Positions 29,942-45,968 of a DNA stretch of 64,000 nt are shown in pieces. This DNA comes from the human T2T-CHM13v2.0 reference genome, Homo sapiens, in NCBI RefSeq assembly GCF_009914755.1, contig NC_060932.1; one strand, 5' to 3'. A program made the position numbers and the translations under genes. The first letter of the stretch is position 1, and each line of letters begins with the position of its first letter. The notes beneath the pieces are model-generated. The model was not told where the DNA came from, ran no database searches, and saw only the letters and a list, made by a program, of their open reading frames with translations.

Positions 29942-29987
29942 TCTATCTATCTATCTATCTATCTATACACACACACACACACACACA
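29942..29987. repeat. (TCTA)n(CA)n compound microsatellite
   Basis: Direct reading. Confidence 0.95.
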
Positions 29988-30299
29988 GTTTTGTCAATTA
30001 AAGAATAGAAAATAGTATTGAGATTCTAGAGTGTGGGTTTGGAGGTAGATGGTCACCTGAGCACACCTAAATTGTGTTTTTTAGGTTTTGTAGAGCAAAT
30101 CTAATGAGAAGTCCCATGAAGATTACAGGAAGGAATGAACAAAGTAGGGAATCAAGACTAAACTCAGAAAGTTCGGTGGAGATTTTTAGGCCTAAACAGC
30201 ATTTTTAGTGGGGAGGTTGCTCATGGAAATGGGTAGGGGTAACTAGAATTATTTGTTACAAGACCCTGGGTTTTGGAATTGGAAAAATTCTGGAATTTG

Positions 30300-30540
30300 G
30301 CATTGGATCTGAGTTCCATTCCATCCCACTTATTAAGATGTATGACCTTAAGCACATTGCTTAACACTTGTCTAAAACTCACAATTCTCTTCTGTAATTT
30401 GGGCAAAATAAAAGTACACACCTCCTTGAAAGTTTGTTTTGTTTAAAGACTAAATAAGCAAATGTATTAAAGGTGCCTAACACAATTACTCGCATATAAT
30501 AAATGTTCGATAAATGTTAGCTGTTGTTATACTCGTTATT
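30300..30540 (+). mobile_element. MIR
   Basis: tgtatgaccttaagcac...ctgtaatttggg...ataaatgttagctgttgtta. Confidence 0.75.
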
Positions 30541-31154
30541 AGTGGGCCTAGAATATACCCAGGAATTACACCACAGATGTCTTTGTGCCTCTTAGTGGCT
30601 TCCTAAGTAAAATCCAAAGAGATTTTTATATCTAGGATGTACAGGCAGAGCTTCCTAACAATTATATTTCTAATAATGTAGAAGAAAGTATAATTTTGGG
30701 GTAAAGGGCTAACACTGGGAACTAATACTAAGACTTTTATTGTATACAAACTTAATTGTTCCAAGCACAGTTTTTGGCTAAAAGACAAACAGCCTGGATT
30801 CTTATCACACCTATGAACCCTATCATCCACATAATCTTGTGAAATCTACTTATTGTCCTGGTACCTCAATGTCTGTATCAGCATAATGTGAGTATCAAAA
30901 ATTCTACACTGCCTATGGGCTGTTTGAAGGATTTAACATCAACAACGTATCTCTAAATGGCCAGAGAACAGCAAGTACTATGATGGTTACACAAAAAATA
31001 TTAACCTTTATGTAACATCTACTATATATTAGACAGTGTTAAAACATTTATTAATAGATACATCATTGGTATGATGATCATCACTGATGTAACAATGATG
31101 AATGTTCTTTCCCTTTTAGAAAACTAAAAGAGGATTTAAGAAGGGCCCCAATAA

Positions 31155-31467
<313 letters not shown>

Positions 31468-31474
31468 AGAATAT

Positions 31475-31710
31475 AGTTTTAAAAGCATGAACTCTGAAGC
31501 CAGCCTACATGGATTAACAACTTTGCGCTATCACTTACTAGCTCTGGAGCCTTGGACTAGTTTCTTAACCTCACTATGCCTTGAATTTATCATATTTTAA
31601 ATGAAGACAGTAATAATCTAAGGCTTTCTGGGGTTCAGTTAATACATGTAAACGTGCTTAGAACAGTTCCTGACACAGTTATGGGCCAGGAAATTATCGT
31701 AATAATGACT
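31475..31710 (+). mobile_element. MIR
   Basis: actctgaagccagc...cacttactagct...gtgcttagaacagttcctgacacag. Confidence 0.75.
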
Positions 31711-32123
31711 ATATGACATCACCACCTTCCAAAGATAATTTAATGGGAAAATTGGCACAGTTACCACCTTAAAGGTATAGAAGAAGATAGACATAGTAAT
31801 TAGATTACATGTATATGAAACAGCCTGGTGCCTGTCATATTAGTCAATGTTAGTGTTGCTAATATTATTATTACTATTACTGTTATCACTGAGGTAGAGC
31901 TAGAAATTGAAGTCACTATGAATCGCTTCCAGCAGAAGATAACTGACAACGACATAAAGCACCAAAGGAGTCAATGTTTTAAGTGTACATCCTGCAGTTT
32001 TGTCCTAGATGTTGTATTTACTTAACAAATATTTACAGACTCAATCAATAAATAAGTGAATAAATGAATTTCCACATGACCCATCTTTCTGGATAAGCTT
32101 ATGGAATTTGCAGCAGATGCTAT

Positions 32124-32440
32124 TTTTTTCATTTCTTTCTTTTCTTTTTAGAGACAGGATCTCATTCTATCACCCAGGCTGGAGTGCTGTGGTGCAATTA
32201 TGGCTCACTGCAGCGTCAAACACCTACGCTCAAGCGATTCTCCTGCCTTGGCCTCCCAAGTAGCTAGGATTACGGGCTTGCATGACCACACCCAGCTAAT
32301 TATTTTATTTTTTACTTTTTGTAGAGACAAGGATCTCACTATGTTAACCAGGCTGCTCTCGAATTCCTGGGTTTAAGCAATCCTCCCACCTTGGCCTCCC
32401 AAAGAGCTGTGGTTACAGACGTGAGCTACTGCACATGGCC
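32124..32440 (-). mobile_element. AluJ
   Basis: gctcaagcgattctcc, cactatgttaaccaggctg. Confidence 0.92.
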
Positions 32441-33141
32441 TGCAAATACGATTTCTATCAAACTTAGAAGTCAGCCCTCTCAACAGCCTGCCTGGCATCT
32501 TTACACTTTACCAAATATAAAGACAGAAAACCCAGATACTTTTCTTACTCCATCAATGATTTCAGTTCCTGTCTACACTAGCTCTCCTCACACTATTTTA
32601 TTTTAAATTTCCTAAACAATGTTTGTATCCTAGTTCTCTATTGTAACACGCATTTAACTGCTTAGTTCCATATTATATTGGGATGTTTAGAGGATAGACT
32701 TTTCTATTAAGAAGCAATTGTTATTATTAAAGTATTTGGTGAGGGACTTATATATTCCTATCAATTTGCCTAGAAAGGGACTGATAGAAGGAGTCCAAAC
32801 ACAATGAAGAATTTGGTAATGCTTTTATAAAATGTTATTTTGTATGTAATTTAACATTTTAAAATAGCAAAATTTAGTCTAAATAAGGGTGTTAATACTA
32901 ACAACGTATCACACCTTGATCTAGTTCTTCAATGGAAAGTAATCACTGTACCATATTTAGCAAACAAAGAGCCCTATCCATTGGGTACCAATGAGAACAT
33001 TTACAATGGGCCTTAGAAGTCTTTTCAATACAGTGTCTTCGGTAGCCACCTCTACTCACTAGAACTTAGTCTTTGGATAAAAACTATTTAATATTTCTGG
33101 CCAAAGAAAAAAATAAAACTGGTTTAAAAAATATATTGTCT

Positions 33142-33730
<589 letters not shown>

Positions 33731-34656
33731 TCAGCATTCATACACTAAACCTTCAGACTGGCCCCCATGGACCCAGGCTCCAAGCCTGCTCCAGAACCAG
33801 ACTAGCTTCAAGTTCCAGGCAGGTTCTCATGGTGCTATGGTCCAGGACCCAGGCCCACCCCTGAAGACTCAGGATCTAGGCCCACCTCAGTGCCAGACCA
33901 GCCCCCACAGACTCACACTCCAGAGTCATACCCATTGACCTGGTTGCCAGGCCCATCCCAGCACCTGGCTGGCCCTCATGGACCCACCCCAGCAGATCCA
34001 TGCTTCAGACCTGCCCCAGTGGACCCAGGCTGAAGGCCCAAGCCTGCAAACCCAGGCACCAGACGTGCCCACCTGTTGACTGAGGCTTCATGTTAAGCTA
34101 CACAAGGACACCAGCAGGGAACCAGCAGGGACACCTGTGGAACATGATATATGGCCTTCCTAGAATGTCTGAAAGGGCTGACTGATGAAGGGCTTTTCCT
34201 GCCACAGCCAGTCTGTAAAAACTGAAATAAATGCCTATGTTTTCAAGTATGCAAACATTAATGCATAGGCACAGGATCACAAATAATTAGGGAAGCAAGA
34301 CACCATCAAAAGAACAAAATAAAGCACAAGTACCTGAACCTAAAGAAAGAGAGATTTATGAACTCACTGACAAAGAATTAAAAATAATTGTCTTAAAGAA
34401 GCTCAATGAGCTATAAGAAAAACAGACAACTAATTGATATCAGGAAAATAATATATCAGCAAAAGAAGAAGTTTAACAAAAAGATAAAAACTATAAAAAA
34501 GAGCTGAATGAATATTCTGGAACTGAAGAACACAATTACTAAACCAAAAAATCCCCTGGAGAGCTTTAACAGAAGATTCAGTCAAGCAGAAGTCTCAATG
34601 GTCTCAAAGACAGGCTATTTGAAATTGCCCCATCAGATGAACAAAAAGAAAAAAGA

Positions 34657-34905
34657 GGCTGAGTGTAGTGGCTCACATCTCTAATCTCATCACTTTGGAA
34701 GGTCAAGGCAGGAGGATCACTTGATGTCAGGACTTCGAGACCAGCTGGGAGAAAAAAGAGAAACCCTGTCTCTACTAAAAGCTAAGGTGGGAGGATTGCT
34801 TGAGCCCAGGAGTTTGAGGCTACAGTAAGCTAGCTAGGATCATGCCACTGTACTGCAGCCTGGGTGACAGATAAAGACCTTGTCCCTTAAAAAAAAATAA
34901 AAAGG
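34657..34905 (+). mobile_element. AluJ with internal deletion
   Basis: Left arm joins right arm at ctactaaaa|gctaaggtgggagg. Confidence 0.9.
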
Positions 34906-35571
34906 AAAAAAGTGAAGAAAGTCTACAGAAATTATGAGACACCATTAAGTGAACTAATTTATGTAATATGGAAATTCCAGAAGGAGCAGAGAAAGGGCAA
35001 AAAAGCTTATTCAAAGAAATGATGAGAGAAAACTTCCCAAATCTGGAGAGGGACATAAATATCCAGATCCATGAATCTCAAAGAACCCCAAATAGAATAA
35101 ATATAAAGAGATCTTGGCTGATGCACATTGTAATTCAATTCTCAAAAATCAAAGAGAAAGAGAGACTATTGAAACCATCAAGAGAAAAGCAACTCATTAT
35201 GTACAAGGAAATTTCTATTACTATTAGCAGGTTTCTCAGCAGAAACTTTGCAGTCCAGGAGATGGGATGATACACTTAAAGTGCTGAAAAAAAAATAATA
35301 ATACTATGCCTGGAAAGATTGTCCTTCAGAAATGAAGGAAAGATAAGGGCTTTCACAGACAAGAGCTGTGGGATGTCATAACCATTACATGGATTATAAG
35401 ACCTGCATTATAAGAAATGCTAAAGGACATTCTTGAAGCTGAAATAAAAGGACACTACTTAATAACATGAAAACATATAAAAGTATAAAACTCACTGGTA
35501 AAGGTAAGTATCTAGTGAAATTCAGAATATTATAATATTATAATGGTGGTGTGTAAATCATGTACATCTTT

Positions 35572-35824
35572 AAGTTTTTAAAAATTTTAAGTTCCAGAAT
35601 ACACATGCAGAACGTGCAGGTTTGTTACATAGGCATATATGTGCCATTGTGGTTTGCTGAACCTAACAACCCATTATCTAGGTTTTAATCCCCATATGTA
35701 TTAGGTATTTGTCCTAATGCTCTCCCTTCCCCTTGCCCCCCATCCCCTAAAAGGGCTCAGTGTATGTTGTTCCCCTCTGTGTCCACGTGTTCTCATTGTT
35801 CAATTCCCATTTATGAGTGAGAAC
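35572..35824 (-). mobile_element. L1PA 3'-end fragment (L1PA8/10-like)
   Basis: gcaggtttgttacatagg...tgagtgagaac; 16-bp TSD aatcatgta(c/t)atcttt. Confidence 0.92.
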
Positions 35825-36142
35825 AATCATGTATATCTTTAGTATGAAGGTTAAAAGGCAAAACTATCAAAAATATTAATGACTATAATAATCATCAAAG
35901 AATACACAACATTAAAAGATATAAACTGAAATCAAAAATATAAAATATGGAGGTATATGGAGTAAAACTGTGGAGTTTTTTAATGCAATCAAAGTTAAGC
36001 TGCTATAAGTTTAAAGTGGTTTGTTATAACTATAGGATATGTTATGTGACCCTCACATTAACCAAAAAAAAAAAAAAAAAAAAAAAAAAAGAAACCTATA
36101 GTAGATACACAAAAAATAAAGACACAGGAATCAAAGTATGCC

Positions 36143-36519
36143 TGACATGGTTTGGCTCTGTGTCCCCACTCAAATCTCATATTGAATTGTAATCCCCAGT
36201 GTTGGAGGAGGAACCTGGTGGGAGGTGATTGGATCATGGGGACAGATTACCCCTTTGCTGTTCCCATGATACTGAGTGAGTTCTCACAAGATCTGGTTGT
36301 TTGAAAGTGTGTAGTAATTACCCCTTTGCTCGCTCTCTCTTCTGCTGGCCATGTGAAGATGTGCCTGCTTCCCCTTCTGCCATTGTTGTAATTTTCCTGA
36401 GGCCTCTCCAGAAGCAGAAGCCTGTACAACCCACAGAACTATGAGCCAATTAAACCTCTTTTCTTTATAAATTACCTAATCTCAGGTATGTCTTTATAGT
36501 AGTGTGAGAACAGACTAAT
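36143..36519 (+). mobile_element. MaLR LTR, MSTA-like
   Basis: tgacatggtttggctctgtgtcccc...ggtgattggatcatggg...gaacagactaat. Confidence 0.92.
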
Positions 36520-39289
36520 TATCATATCACAAAGACAGCAAGAATGAAAAATGGAACAAAGGAAATTATTTATTCAAAAAATTATCATACCACAAAGAAA
36601 GACAGCAAGAATGGAAAAATGGAACAAAGGAACTACAGAACAGTCAGAAAACAGCAAATGGAATAATTTCATTATTTAAAATAACCAAAATGCAATCAAC
36701 AAAATGGTAGTAGTAATTCTTTGGTTATCAGTAATTACTTTAAATGTAAATGGATTAAATTATACAATCAAAACACAGAGTGGCTAAAAAAAATTCCCAC
36801 TATCTATTGACTATAAGTGACTCACTTTAATGACGTTATAGGTTGAAAGTAAAGGGATGAAAAAGATATTCCATGCTAATGGTAACTAAAAGAGAGCACA
36901 GGTCTCTTATATTCTTATATTGGATAAAAAGAGACTTTAAAACTGTAAAAGAGATAAAGAAGGTCATTATCTAATGATAAAGGGGTAAATTCATTGAGAA
37001 GATACAACAATTGTAAATATATATACACCAACATTAGGCCATCTGAATATATAAGACAAATATTAATACATTTGAAAGGAAAGACTGACTGCAATACATT
37101 AATAACAGGTAGCATCACTACAAAACTTCCAACAATGGAAATATAATCTAGAAAGAAAATTAATAAGGAAATTTTGAATTTGAACTACATTATGGACACA
37201 ATAGCCTAATCAACATATAAAAAACATTCCATCCAACAATAGAAAAATACACTATTTTTTCAAGCACACATGGGATATTCTCCATGATAGATCATATCAT
37301 GTCTTAACAAATTTAAGAAGACTAGATTCATATCAAGTATATATTCTGATCAAAATGGTATGAGACTCAAAATCAGTAACAAGAGAAAAATTGGAAAATT
37401 CACAAATATATGGAAATTAAAGAGCATGCTTCCAAATATACAAGTCAAAAAAAAAGTTAAAAGGAAAATTTAAAAATATTTTGAGATGAATGAAAATGGA
37501 AATACATCATACCAAAGCATATAGAATGCAGCAAAAGCAGTTCTAAGAGTAAAGTTTATAGCAACAAATGCCTACATCAAAAAAGAAAAAAAAGTCTCAA
37601 ATAAGTGACATAACATTACACCCAAAGGATCCTGAAAAAGAACAAGCTAAGCCCAATGTTAGTAGAGGGAAGGAAATAATAAAGATCAGAGAAGATATAC
37701 ATAAAATAGAGACTAGAAAAATAATAGAAATTTTCAATGAAATTAGTTTCAGTGCACTAGACTTCAATGAAACTAGTTAGATTTCTGAAAAGATAAACAA
37801 AATTGACAAAACTTTAGCTTAACAAAAAAAAGAGATAAGACTCATATAAATCAAATAAGAAATGAAAGAGGAAACATTACAAATAATAGTGTGAAAACAT
37901 AACAGATCATAAGAAACTATGAACAGTCATATGCCAACAAATTGAATAAACTAGAAGAAATAAATTGCTAGAAACATATATTCTACCAAGACTGAATCCT
38001 GAAAAAATAGAAAATCTGAACAGACCAGCAATAAGTGAGCAAACTGACTCAGTAATAGTATAAAGACTACCATCAAAAAAAGAAAGCCCAGGATCTTATG
38101 TCTTCACTGCTGAATTCTATAAACATTTAAAGAATTAATGCCAATTTTCTTCAAACTCTTCCAAAATATTGAAAAGGAAGGAATCCTTCCAAACTCATTT
38201 TACAAAGCCAGCATTACCCTGACATCAAAGTGAGACAAGAATATAATAAGAAAATTTTAAGCCAGTATTCTGATGTACACAGATGTAAAAATCCTCAACA
38301 AAATACTAGCAAACCAAATTCAACATTTAAAGGATCAGTAGCCACAGGCAAGTGGGATAATCATTAAAAGGATTATTCACCATAAGCAAGTGGGATTTAT
38401 TTGGGAGATGCAAGGATTATTCAGCCTATGCAAATCAATAAGTACGTTATACTGCAGTAACAGAATGAAGAAAAAAAGATAATTTCAACAGACACAGAAA
38501 AAGCATTTGACAACATTTAATGTCCTTTCATGATTAAAAAAACTCAACAACTTAAGTATTAAAGGATGTACCTCTACACAATAAACACCATATATGACAA
38601 ATCCACAGCTAACATCATATTCCATGGTGAAAAGTTAAAAGCTTTTCTGCTAAGATCAGGTACAAGACAAAAGTACTCATTTTTGCCACTTACATGCACC
38701 ATAGTACTGGAAGTCCTTGCCACAACAATTAGGTAAGAGAAATAAGTAAAAGATATCTAGTCAAAAAGCAAGAAGTTAAACTGTCTCTGTTTGCAGATGA
38801 CATAACTTTACACACTATGGAAAACCCTAGAGACTCCACCAAAAAAAACTATTTAAACATAAATTCAGTAAAGTTGCTGATTCAAAATCAACATACAAAA
38901 ATCAGTAGTATTTCTATATAGCAATAATAAACTCTCTGAAAAAGAAATCATGAAAACAATTTTATTTACAATATCTACCAAAAAAAATACTTAGGAATGC
39001 ATTTAACCAAGGATATGAAAGATCTGTACACTGAAAACTAAAAAAATATTGATTAAAAAATAGAAGAAAACACAAATACTTGGAAACATACCCTGTGCTC
39101 ACGAATTGGAAGAATTAATATTATTAAAATGTCTATACTCCCCAAGAGTATATACAGATTCATTGTGGTCTCTATTAAAATTCCAATGACATTGTTCACA
39201 GAAATAGGAAAAATGATTCAAAATGTAGTATGGAATCACAAAAGACCTGAAATAGCTAAAGCAATCTTGAACAATAGAACAAAGATACA

Positions 39290-39662
39290 GTTGAACCTAT
39301 AGAGATATAGAGTAGAATGATGATTACTAGAATCTAGGAAGGGTAGTAAGAGGTGGGTGGAGGGGTGCGGGGATGGTTAAAGTGTACAAAACTATAGTTA
39401 GATGAAATGATAAGAGTTGGTCAATAAGACTCTAGTCACAAAAGGGTGACTAGAGTCAATGATAACTTATTGTACATTTTAAAATAACTAGAAGAGTATA
39501 ATTGAATCGTTTGTAACACAAAAAAAGGATAGATGCTTGAAGTGATGGACACCCCATTTACCCTGATGTGATTGTTATACATTGTATGCCTGTATCAAAA
39601 TACCTCATGTAGTCCATAAATACTTACTATATACCCATAAAAATTTAAAATGTTTTTTAAAA
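39290..39662 (+). mobile_element. L1MA1-3 3'-end fragment nested in L1MA ORF2
   Basis: ggggatggttaaagtgtacaaa...aataactagaagagtataattg...cctgtatcaaaa; host ORF2 resumes at gaggcatcaca. Confidence 0.8.
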
Positions 39663-42157
39663 AAGTAGAGGCATCACATGACCTGGTTTCATAATACACT
39701 ATAAAGTTATAGTAATCAAAACAGATTGGTGCTGGCATAAAGATAGACACAGACGAATGGAATGGAACAGAGACATCAGAAATAAATACATACATATAGA
39801 GTCAATTGATTTTTTTACAAAGACGCTGACAACACACAATTGGGACAGGACGACCTCTTTAATAAATGGTGTTGAGACAATGATATCTACATCCAGAAGA
39901 ATGAAATTGTACCCTTTTCTCACACCACATACGAAAATCAATTCAAAATGGATTAAAGGCTTATTAAGACTTGCCACTGTAACATCACTAGAAGAAAACA
40001 GAGGAAAAGCTACATGACAAAGGTCTAGGGAATGACTTTTTTGGGGGGGGATATGACTCCAAAATCATAGGCAACAAAAGAAAAAATTGACAAATGAGCT
40101 TATCTCATTGTTAAGATTCTGCACAGCAGTGAGAGAAAAGATTTGCAGACTATACATCTGAAAAGTGATTAATATCCAAAACATATAAGGAACTCAACTT
40201 AATAGCAATAAAACAAATAACCTGATTTTAAAACTGGGCAAAGGGCTTGAACAGACATTTCTCAAAGGAAGATATACAAATGGCCAAAAGGTAAATGAAA
40301 AAAATGCACAATACAACTAATCATCAGGAAAATACAAATTAAAACCACAACGAGATGTCACCTCATACCTGTTAGAATGGCTATTATCAAAAAGATGAAA
40401 AATAGCAAGTGTTAATGAAGATGTGGAGAGGAGGGAACACCTGCACACCATTGGTGTGAATGTGAATTAGTACAGCTGTTATGGAAAACACTACTGAGTT
40501 TTCTCAAGAAGCTAAAAATAGAACTACTTTATAATCCAGCAATCCTATTACTGAGTATACATCCAAGTGAAATGAAAGGATTATTGTAGAGATATCTACA
40601 CTCCGATGTTCACTGCAAGATTATTCACAATACCTAAGATTGGAATATCTAAGTGCCTATCAACAGATGAATGGAAAAAGAAAGTGTGGTATGTATTATA
40701 TATACAATAGAATACCAATCAGCCTTAAAAAATGAGAGAAATCTTGGTGTTTGTGACACTATGGCTGAACCTGCAGGATGTTAAGTGAAATAAGCCAGGA
40801 ACAGAAAGAAATATGCACAGTCTCACTTAGGATGTGGAATCTAAAAAAGTCAAACTCACAGAAGCAGACAGTAGAATAGTGGTACCAGGAGCTGGGGGAG
40901 GGGGTTGGAGAGAGACCTGGCTTAGGGAGATGTTGGTCAAAAGATAAAACATTTCAATTAGGCAGAATATGTTCAATGACCCATTGTACATCAATGTGGA
41001 CATAGTTAGTACAATGTATTGTATACTTGAAAATGCTAACAGAGTAGACTTTAAGTGTTTTCAACACAAAAGAATGGTAAATATGTGGGATTATGCATAT
41101 GTTAATTAACCTGATTTAACCGTTCCACAATGTATACATATTTCAATGTATCAAATTCTACACCATAAATATACACAATTATTATTTGTCAATTAAAAAT
41201 AAATTAATAGAGGAAAAATAAGTGCTAAGGAACTTTTAATTATAGTTGTCTCTGTGGAGGCGAATTGAGGATTCAAACATGATAGGGTATTTTATTTTTT
41301 AGTACATACTTTCTCTTATGATTTGGTATGTTTAACATGAATGATGTCCTACATTATTTTTCCATCTTAAAAGATAATTAAAAGAATTTGATGAGTACAT
41401 AAATGTAACCTAAAGAGTTTAACGGATAAATAGTACAGCAGTCATTTTATTCCTAATTACATTCTTAACATTTTTACTTCTAAGCAACGATTCATGTTTC
41501 TGTTTATGCTCAAAAAGAACAAAAATTCCTGCAAATAGTGCCTCTAAGATGAAATATCATCTCTTCCAAATCAGTATACCTAAGAGTGAGGCAAAGCCTC
41601 TTATAAATCATAAAGTGCTGTGCCAATGTATGGCATTGCTTTTATTCAATAAGGGACACTAAAATCATTGAGCTCACATGATTTTCAGAATAATGGTGCA
41701 AAGTAGGTAGAGTAGATGATTCAATTTTCAGAATTTCAAGTCAACTGGGCTTCAGAATTCAAACACAGTCTCTTAGCAATGACACCCTGCACAGCTCTTT
41801 AGAGTCTAAATTGTCTAAGCCTGTATGTGGTGTTTTAAACTGTAGCAAGCTACCCAGATCCTCTTTATATCATTACTGTTCTATAAGAAATTACAGCTTC
41901 TCAGTCAATAAGAAAACTGCCAATACCAGAAAGTAAAGTGCCTAAGATTTTTTTTTTAAAGAATGCACTATATGTAATAACTGATAATGGAAAGAGAAAT
42001 CCTACTGACCTCTTGTAACGGAATCATTTACACAGTACATTGATTTTAGAGTTTTTTTGGATTCCTTTCCAATAAAAAAAAAAGTTATTCTTCTGTTATA
42101 CATGGTTGATGTTGCCTAAAATCTGATTTCCTAAGTAGGAGATTATCCAGATTATTA

Positions 42158-45100
42158 TTTAATTTCAGCTTTCATTTCAGATACATGGAGTACACATGCA
42201 GATTTGTTACATGGGACTACTGTGTGATGCTGAGGTTTGAGGTATGAATCCCATCATCCAGGTAGTGAGCATAGGACCCAATAGGTAGTTTTTCAACCCA
42301 ATTCTCCCTCCCTCCCATCCCCATAATGGTCTATGCTGCTTACTGTTCCCATGTTTATGTCATGTGCTAAATGTTTAGCTCCCACTTATAAGTGAGAACA
42401 TGCAGAATTTGTTTTTTTTTCTGTGTTAATTTCCTTAGGATTATGGCCTCCAGCTCCATTCGTGTTGCTGCAAAGGATACAATTTCATTATTTTTTATGG
42501 CTGCATAGTATCCAATGGTATGTACATACCACATTTTCTTTATCCAATCTACCACTGATGGACACCTGGGTTGATTCCATGTTTTTGCTATTGTGAATAG
42601 CACAATGATGAAAATATGAGTGCATGTGTCTTTTTGATGGAACGATTTATTTTCCTTTGGCTGTATACCCAGCAATGGGATTGCTGGATCAAATGATAGT
42701 TTTATTTCAAGTTCTTTGAAAAATTTCCAGACTGCTTTCCACAGTGGCTGGCTGAATTAATTTACATTCCTACCAACAGTGTATAAACGTGTCCTATTTT
42801 CTGCAGCCTGGCCAGCATCTGTTGTTTTTTGACTTTTTAATAATAGCCATTCTGAGTGGTGTGAGGTGATATCTCACGGTGGTTTTGATTTGCATTTATC
42901 TGATGATTCATAATGCTGAGCATTTTTTCATGTTCGTTGGCTGCATGTATGTCTTCTTTTTTAAGAAGTGTCTGTTCATGTCCTTTGCCTATGTTTTAAT
43001 GGGGTTGTTTTTTGCTTGTTGATTGGTTACTTATAGATTCCGGATATTAGGATTTTGTTGGGTGCATAGTTTGCAAATATCTTCTCTCACATATAAGTTG
43101 TTTGTTTACTGTGTTGATGGTTTCCCTTGCTGTGCAAAAGCTCTTTATTTAGGTCTTACTTGTTTATATTTGTTTTGTTGCTTTTGAGGTCTTAGCCAAA
43201 AATCATTTGCCAAAGTTAATGTTGAGAAGAGTATTTCCTAGGTTGTCTTCTAAGAATTTTTATAGTTTGAGGTCTTACATTTAAATCTTTGACCTATGTT
43301 GGGTTAATTTAAAGCTAAGGGTCCAGATTCAATCTTTTGTACATGGCTAGCCAGTAATCCCAGAACCATTTATTGAATAGAAAGTCCTTTGCCCATTGCT
43401 TTTATCAGCCTTGTTGAGGATCAGGTGGTTGAAGATGTGAGGCTTTATTTCTGAGTTTTCTATATTGTTCAGTTTGCCTATGTGTCTTTTTTTGTACCAT
43501 TACCATACTGTTTGGTTTACTGCTGTTTTGTAGTATGATTTGAAGTCTGGTAGTGTGATGCCTCCAGCTTTGTTCTTTTTGCTTAGGATTGCTTTGGTGA
43601 TTTGGGCTCTTTTGGATTCCATATGAATTTTAGAATAGTATTTTCCTATTTTGTGAAGAATGATGTTGGTATTTTAATGGGAATAGTGTTGAATCTGCAA
43701 ATTGCTTTGGGAAGTATGGCTATTCCATTGATATTGATTCTTCCTATCCATGAATGTAGAATGTTTTTCCACTTATTAATGCCATCTCTGATTTACTTCA
43801 GCAGCGTTTTATAGTTCTTCCCGTAGATATACTTTACCTCCTTGGTTTGTTGTAGTCTTAGGTATTTTATTTTTTGAGGCTATTGTAAATAGAATTGTGT
43901 TGTTGATTTGACTTTCACAGCCTGGATATTATTGGTATATGGAAATGCTCCTGAGCTTTGTATTGATTTTGCATCAATGTATAAGCCTTACTAAAATTGT
44001 TTATCAGTTCTAAATAACCTTTTGGTGGAGTTGCTAGAGTTTTCTAAGTATAGAATTATATTATCAATGAAGAGAGATCGTTTGGCTTTTTTTATTTGGA
44101 TGCCTCTTCTTTCTTTCTCTTGCCTGATTGTTCTGGCTAAAACTTCCAGTATTATGCTGAATAGGAGTAGTCAGAGTGGATATCTTTATCTTATTCCAGT
44201 TCTCAAGCAGAACTGTTCCAGCTTCTTCCTATTCAGTGGGATGTTGGGTGGGGGTTTGTCATAGATGGCTCTTATGATTTTGAGGTATAATCCTTTGATA
44301 CCTAGTTTGTTGAGGGTTTGTATTATGAAGGAATATTGTGTTTTATCCAAAGCTTTTTCTCTATTGAGAATATCATGTAGTTTTTTATTTCAATTATGTT
44401 TACATGGTGAATCACATTTATTGTTTTGTGTATGTTGAACCAGACCTGTATCCCAGAAATAAAGCCTACTTTATTGTAATGTATTAACTTTTTGATGTAC
44501 TGCTGGATTCAGTTTGCTAATATTTCGTTGATTTTTGCATCTATGTTTACCAGGGAGAGTAGCCTGATGTCTTCTTTTATTGTTGTGTCTCTGCAGATTT
44601 TGGTATCAGGCTGATGCTTGCTTCATAGAATGAGTTTGGGGGAGGTTCTCTTCACTGATTTTTTTTTTGGAATAATTTCAGTAGGACTGGTATCAATTCT
44701 TCTTTGTATGTCTGGTAAAATTCAGTGGTGAATCTATATGGTTCAGGGCTTATTTTGATTGGTTGGTTCTTTATTATTTATTCAATTTCAGAAATTTATA
44801 TTGGTCTAGTCAGGGTTTCAGATCTCTTCCTGATTTAATCCTGGGAGATTGTATGCATCCAGGATTTATCCATTTCCTCTAGATTTTATAATTTATTTGC
44901 ATAGAGTTGCTCCACACTAGTCTGAGAATCTTTTGTATTTTTGTGGGATCAGTGGTAATATTGCCTTTGTCATTTCTGATCGTGCTTATTTGGATCTTCT
45001 TTTCCTTTTTCTTTGTTAATCTTGCTACCAGTCTATCAGTCTTATTTGCTTTTTCACAAAACAAACTCTTGGTTTTATTGATCTTTTGTATGAATTTTTG

Positions 45101-45885
45101 CATCTCAATTTCATTACATTCTTCTCTAATTTCAGTTATTGTTTTTCCTTGATAGCTTTGGGATTTTTTTTTTTAGTTCCTTTAAGGTAAAAAATTAGAT
45201 TGCTAATTTGAGATATTTCTAATTTCTTCATGAAGGTGTTTAGGGATATAAACTCTACTTTTAACACTGCTTTGGCTGCATCTGAGAGATTTTTGGTAAA
45301 CTGTCTTCCTATTTTCACTGCTTTCAATTTTTTTTTTGGTTTCTGACTTAATTTCAATGTTCACCCAGAAGTTATTCAGGAGTAAATTGTTTAATTTCTA
45401 TGTATTTGTATAGTTGAGATCTTCTTGATGACAATTTCTATTTTTATTGCACTGTGGTCTGAGTATGTGCTTGGTATAGCTGCACTTTTTAAAAAATTTC
45501 TTGAGATTTGCTTTATGACTAAGAATGTGGTCAATCTTATATTGTATGTGCAGATGAAAAGAACATATATTCTTTGCTTTTGGGGTTGAGCATTCTATAG
45601 CTGTTTATTAAGTCCAATTTGTTGAGTATCGAGTTTAAGTCCAGAGTTTCTTTGCTAGTTTTCCGCCTTGATGATTTAACACTATCAGTGGAGTGTTGAA
45701 GTCTCCCACCATTATTGTGTGGTTAAGTCTTTTCATAGGCTAAGAAAAACTTGTTTTATGAATCTGGGTGCTCCAACTTTGGGTGCACATATATTTAGAA
45801 TAGTTAAGGCTTCTTGTTGGATTGTACCCTTTATTATTACCCTTCATTGTCCTTCTTAATTTTATTGATTTAAAGTATATTTTAC
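42158..45885 (-). mobile_element. L1PA15/16-like LINE-1, 3'UTR and most of ORF2
   Basis: gatttgttacatggg...gatgctgaggtttg 3'UTR; antisense ORF2 through EN (tgaatctgggtgctcc). Confidence 0.92.
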
Positions 45886-45892
45886 GGCCTCT

Positions 45893-45968
45893 AGATCTGC
45901 ACTGTTTAATTCAGTAGCCACTACCTTCATATGGCAGTTTAGCACTAGAAATGTAACTGATCCAGAAT
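45893..45968 (+). mobile_element. MER3-like (hAT) terminal fragment
   Basis: ctgcactgtttaattcagtagccact...catatggcagtttagcactagaaatgt. Confidence 0.65.

Larger units (their letters stand above)
27377..30003 (+). mobile_element. 5'-truncated L1MA (about MA4-MA8), ORF2 3' half and 3'UTR
   Basis: ORF2 homology throughout; 3'UTR ttagacagggggaataag...aaattgctaagagtagatttt; ends ttttgtcaattaaa after an Alu. Confidence 0.88.
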